NCBI RefSeq assembly: GCF_004376175.1
Contig: NZ_SNUY01000001.1
Location: 138,485 to 155,566 of the forward strand
Reading direction: 5' to 3'
DNA: 17,082 nt
Source of the DNA: Halalkalibacterium halodurans
GTDB lineage: Bacteria; Bacillota; Bacilli; Bacillales; Bacillaceae_D
The notes under the pieces are model-generated. The model had not been told where the DNA came from. It saw nothing but the letters and a program-made list of their open reading frames with translations, and searched no databases. Both the position numbers and the translations under genes were made by a program. Below are positions 15,658 through 17,082 of this stretch, piece by piece; positions within the stretch are counted from its first letter, which is position 1; every line of letters starts with the position of its first letter.

Positions 15658-16789
15658 CCTCCAATAATTCAGGGATTAAATGTTGCAACTCCTGCAACGT
15701 TTTGGACACTTCGTCCTCCGTTGTTAAATACGATAAGCTAAGGCGAATCGCGCTGTTCGCCCGCTCTTTCCCTACTCCCATTGCAAGCAAAACATGGCTA
15801 GGCTCCGAACGTTTCGTGGAACAAGCCGATTTTGTGGAAACATGGATATCTCGCTTCGACAAAGCTTGAATGATCACTTCTGGCTTCATCTTGGGGATCG
15901 AGAAATTAACGATATGAGGTGCGGCCAACTCCTTTGGTGTATTAATTACAACACCCTCGATTTCACTTAATCCTTCAAGCAATTGATTTCTTAATTGTAG
16001 AAGCTTGTCGTGCCTTTCCTCATACAGTTCCATCGCCATACGCAATGCCTTTGCCGTAGCAACCGCACCAGCTACATTTTCCGTTCCTGAACGAAGCGCT
16101 CCTTCTTGTCCGCCGCCATGGAAAAGGGGGGTCAAACGAAGCCCGTCTTTTTTATATATAAAACCCGTTCCTTTTAAGCCATGAAATTTATGGGAGGAAA
16201 AGGTCACAAGATCTATCAAGCCGTGTGCCAAACGGAGCGGAACCTTTGTAGCGCCTTGCACATGGTCAATGTGAAAGCGTACCTTTGGATAACCTTTAAG
16301 CAGCTCGCCAATCCCTTCAACAGGCATGATGATTCCCGTCTCATTGTTCACATGGATGATGGAAACAAGAATCGTCTGATTCGTTAACGCTGCTTTCACC
16401 TGCTCTGCGGTTACCTGTCCAGTCGGACCTGGTTTTAAATACGTCACCTTAAAACCTTCTGCTTCAAGTGACCGAAAAGCTTCAATTGTAGACGCATGCT
16501 CTACGGCAGTTGTAATCAAATGAGTTCCTCTACCTTTTAACTGGTAGGCCGTTCCTTTGATGGCCAAATTGTTGCCTTCCGTTCCCCCAGATGTATAAAT
16601 AATCTCTGAAGAACTTATTCCTAAAATCCCCGCTATCTGCTCTTTCGTTTTAAGGAGAAGCTGCTCCGCTTCCGTTCCCATTCGATGAAGGGAAGAAGGG
16701 TTTCCGAAAAACGTCAGCGAGGCTTTCGTGTAGGAATCAACTACTTCCATAAACGGACGCGTTGTTGCACTATTGTCCAAATAAATCAT
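15647..16789 (-). CDS. nifZ: cysteine desulfurase (NifZ/IscS type, partner of ThiI)
   Basis: The 380-aa ORF begins [10 protein letters not shown]. It has the PLP-lysine motif SSHKFHG.KG and the catalytic Cys loop STKSACS. It lies immediately upstream of thiI and is translationally coupled to it, as in B. subtilis nifZ-thiI. An AAGGTGAGGA SD is present. Confidence 0.9.
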   Translation of the reverse strand: MIYLDNSATTRPFMEVVDSYTKASLTFFGNPSSLHRMGTEAEQLLLKTKEQIAGILGISSSEIIYTSGGTEGNNLAIKGTAYQLKGRGTHLITTAVEHASTIEAFRSLEAEGFKVTYLKPGPTGQVTAEQVKAALTNQTILVSIIHVNNETGIIMPVEGIGELLKGYPKVRFHIDHVQGATKVPLRLAHGLIDLVTFSSHKFHGLKGTGFIYKKDGLRLTPLFHGGGQEGALRSGTENVAGAVATAKALRMAMELYEERHDKLLQLRNQLLEGLSEIEGVVINTPKELAAPHIVNFSIPKMKPEVIIQALSKRDIHVSTKSACSTKRSEPSHVLLAMGVGKERANSAIRLSLSYLTTEDEVSKTLQELQHLIPELLEVVQ

Positions 16790-16950
16790 CCGTCCTCACC
16801 TTTTCTCTACTCATTGTGCATCACATAATCTTAGCATACCTCGTGTGGCAAGAAAATGAAAAAACTTTTTGTTTTCTTGTTTCCCACTTTTTGGCCGTAA
16901 CGACCTACATTCATATAACTACCCACAAGCGTCGTGTGGTAACAAATAGT

Positions 16951-16981
16951 AAAGTAAAAAGAGGCTGGGACAAAACTAGCC
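16951..16981 (-). terminator. weak second (tandem) terminator downstream of the gene at the right edge
   Basis: A 6-bp stem GGCTAG/CCAGCC (16963-16968 with 16976-16981, one G-U) is followed on the minus strand by TCTTTTTACTTT. Confidence 0.35.
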
Positions 16982-16994
16982 AAAAATAGTAAGT

Positions 16995-17036
16995 AAAAAG
17001 GTTCCAAGCAAATAATAAGTGCTTGGAACCTTTTTT
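16995..17036. terminator. strong rho-independent terminator (bidirectional in form)
   Basis: A perfect 11-bp stem GGTTCCAAGCA/TGCTTGGAACC (17000-17010 with 17020-17030) is flanked by AAAAA and TTTTTT. On the minus strand it lies 26 nt after an in-frame TAG at 17062-17064. That TAG would end a minus-strand gene entering from the right edge, but only 6 of its codons are visible, so I do not call the gene. Confidence 0.85.
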
Positions 17037-17082
17037 GTGGAGTTTTTCTTATTTCCTGGCCCTATGTCACCGTTCGTGGCCG

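Noticed and set aside
4940-16387. The remaining embedded track ORFs are 4940..5158, 6412..6624, 6766..6963, 7441..7635, 7504..7716, 8179..8367, 8346..8738, 9389..9727, 9685..10023, 10083..10301, 10145..10351, 10725..11015, 11235..11462, 13257..13556, 13303..13524, 13892..14275, 15453..15869 and 16181..16387.
   Set aside because: Each lies antisense to, or in an alternative frame of, a confidently assigned gene, or spans a terminator. None has a start context or a recognisable domain.
16841-16939. The 8-mer TCGTGTGG is repeated at 16841-16848 and 16932-16939 upstream of nifZ. I considered it as a possible regulator site.
   Set aside because: One shared 8-mer within about 200 bp is close to chance expectation, and the flanks are not similar.
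16762-16989. A 75-aa plus-strand ORF with two hydrophobic stretches ends just before the strong terminator. A 14-codon ATG ORF (MKKLFVFLFPTFWP) lies at about 16856-16900.
   Set aside because: The long ORF starts at a TTG inside the antisense of the nifZ N-terminus. It has no SD and no internal Met. The short ORF also lacks an SD. The terminator is better explained as serving the minus-strand gene at the right edge.

Overview
This is a 17.1-kb chromosomal segment from an endospore-forming Bacillaceae; GC looks low to mid 40s % by eye. From about 3.2 kb to the right edge it matches, gene for gene, the B. subtilis block as I remember it: ackA, ytxK, tpx, ytfJ, ytfI, yteJ, sppA, ppnKB(ytdI), ytcJ, ytcI, sspA, thiI, nifZ. 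All of these genes except the NAD kinase lie on the minus strand. Most are separated by clear rho-independent terminators and recognisable sigma-A or sigma-G promoters. The left 3 kb departs from that synteny. It holds a YhaM-type OB-fold/HD exoribonuclease gene followed 14 nt later by an orphan EcsC-family gene. Next to them is an insertion scar made of a roughly 90-codon N-terminal stub of an IS1182-family transposase and a GC-rich, hairpin-dense non-coding block. Beyond the scar are a 105-aa hypothetical ORF and the start of another gene running off the left edge. I found no rRNA, tRNA, CRISPR array, recognisable riboswitch, toxin-antitoxin pair or defence-type gene cluster. I do not see evidence for a novel multi-gene system here; this is mostly ordinary core genome. 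Two things deserve a second look. The NAD kinase paralog is intact, but its family-defining GGDG loop reads GGNN. The IS scar's roughly 200-bp structured GC-rich block is unexplained and may also have remodelled the 3' end of the neighbouring small ORF. Product calls rest on motif recognition, protein length and remembered synteny; no database search was possible.
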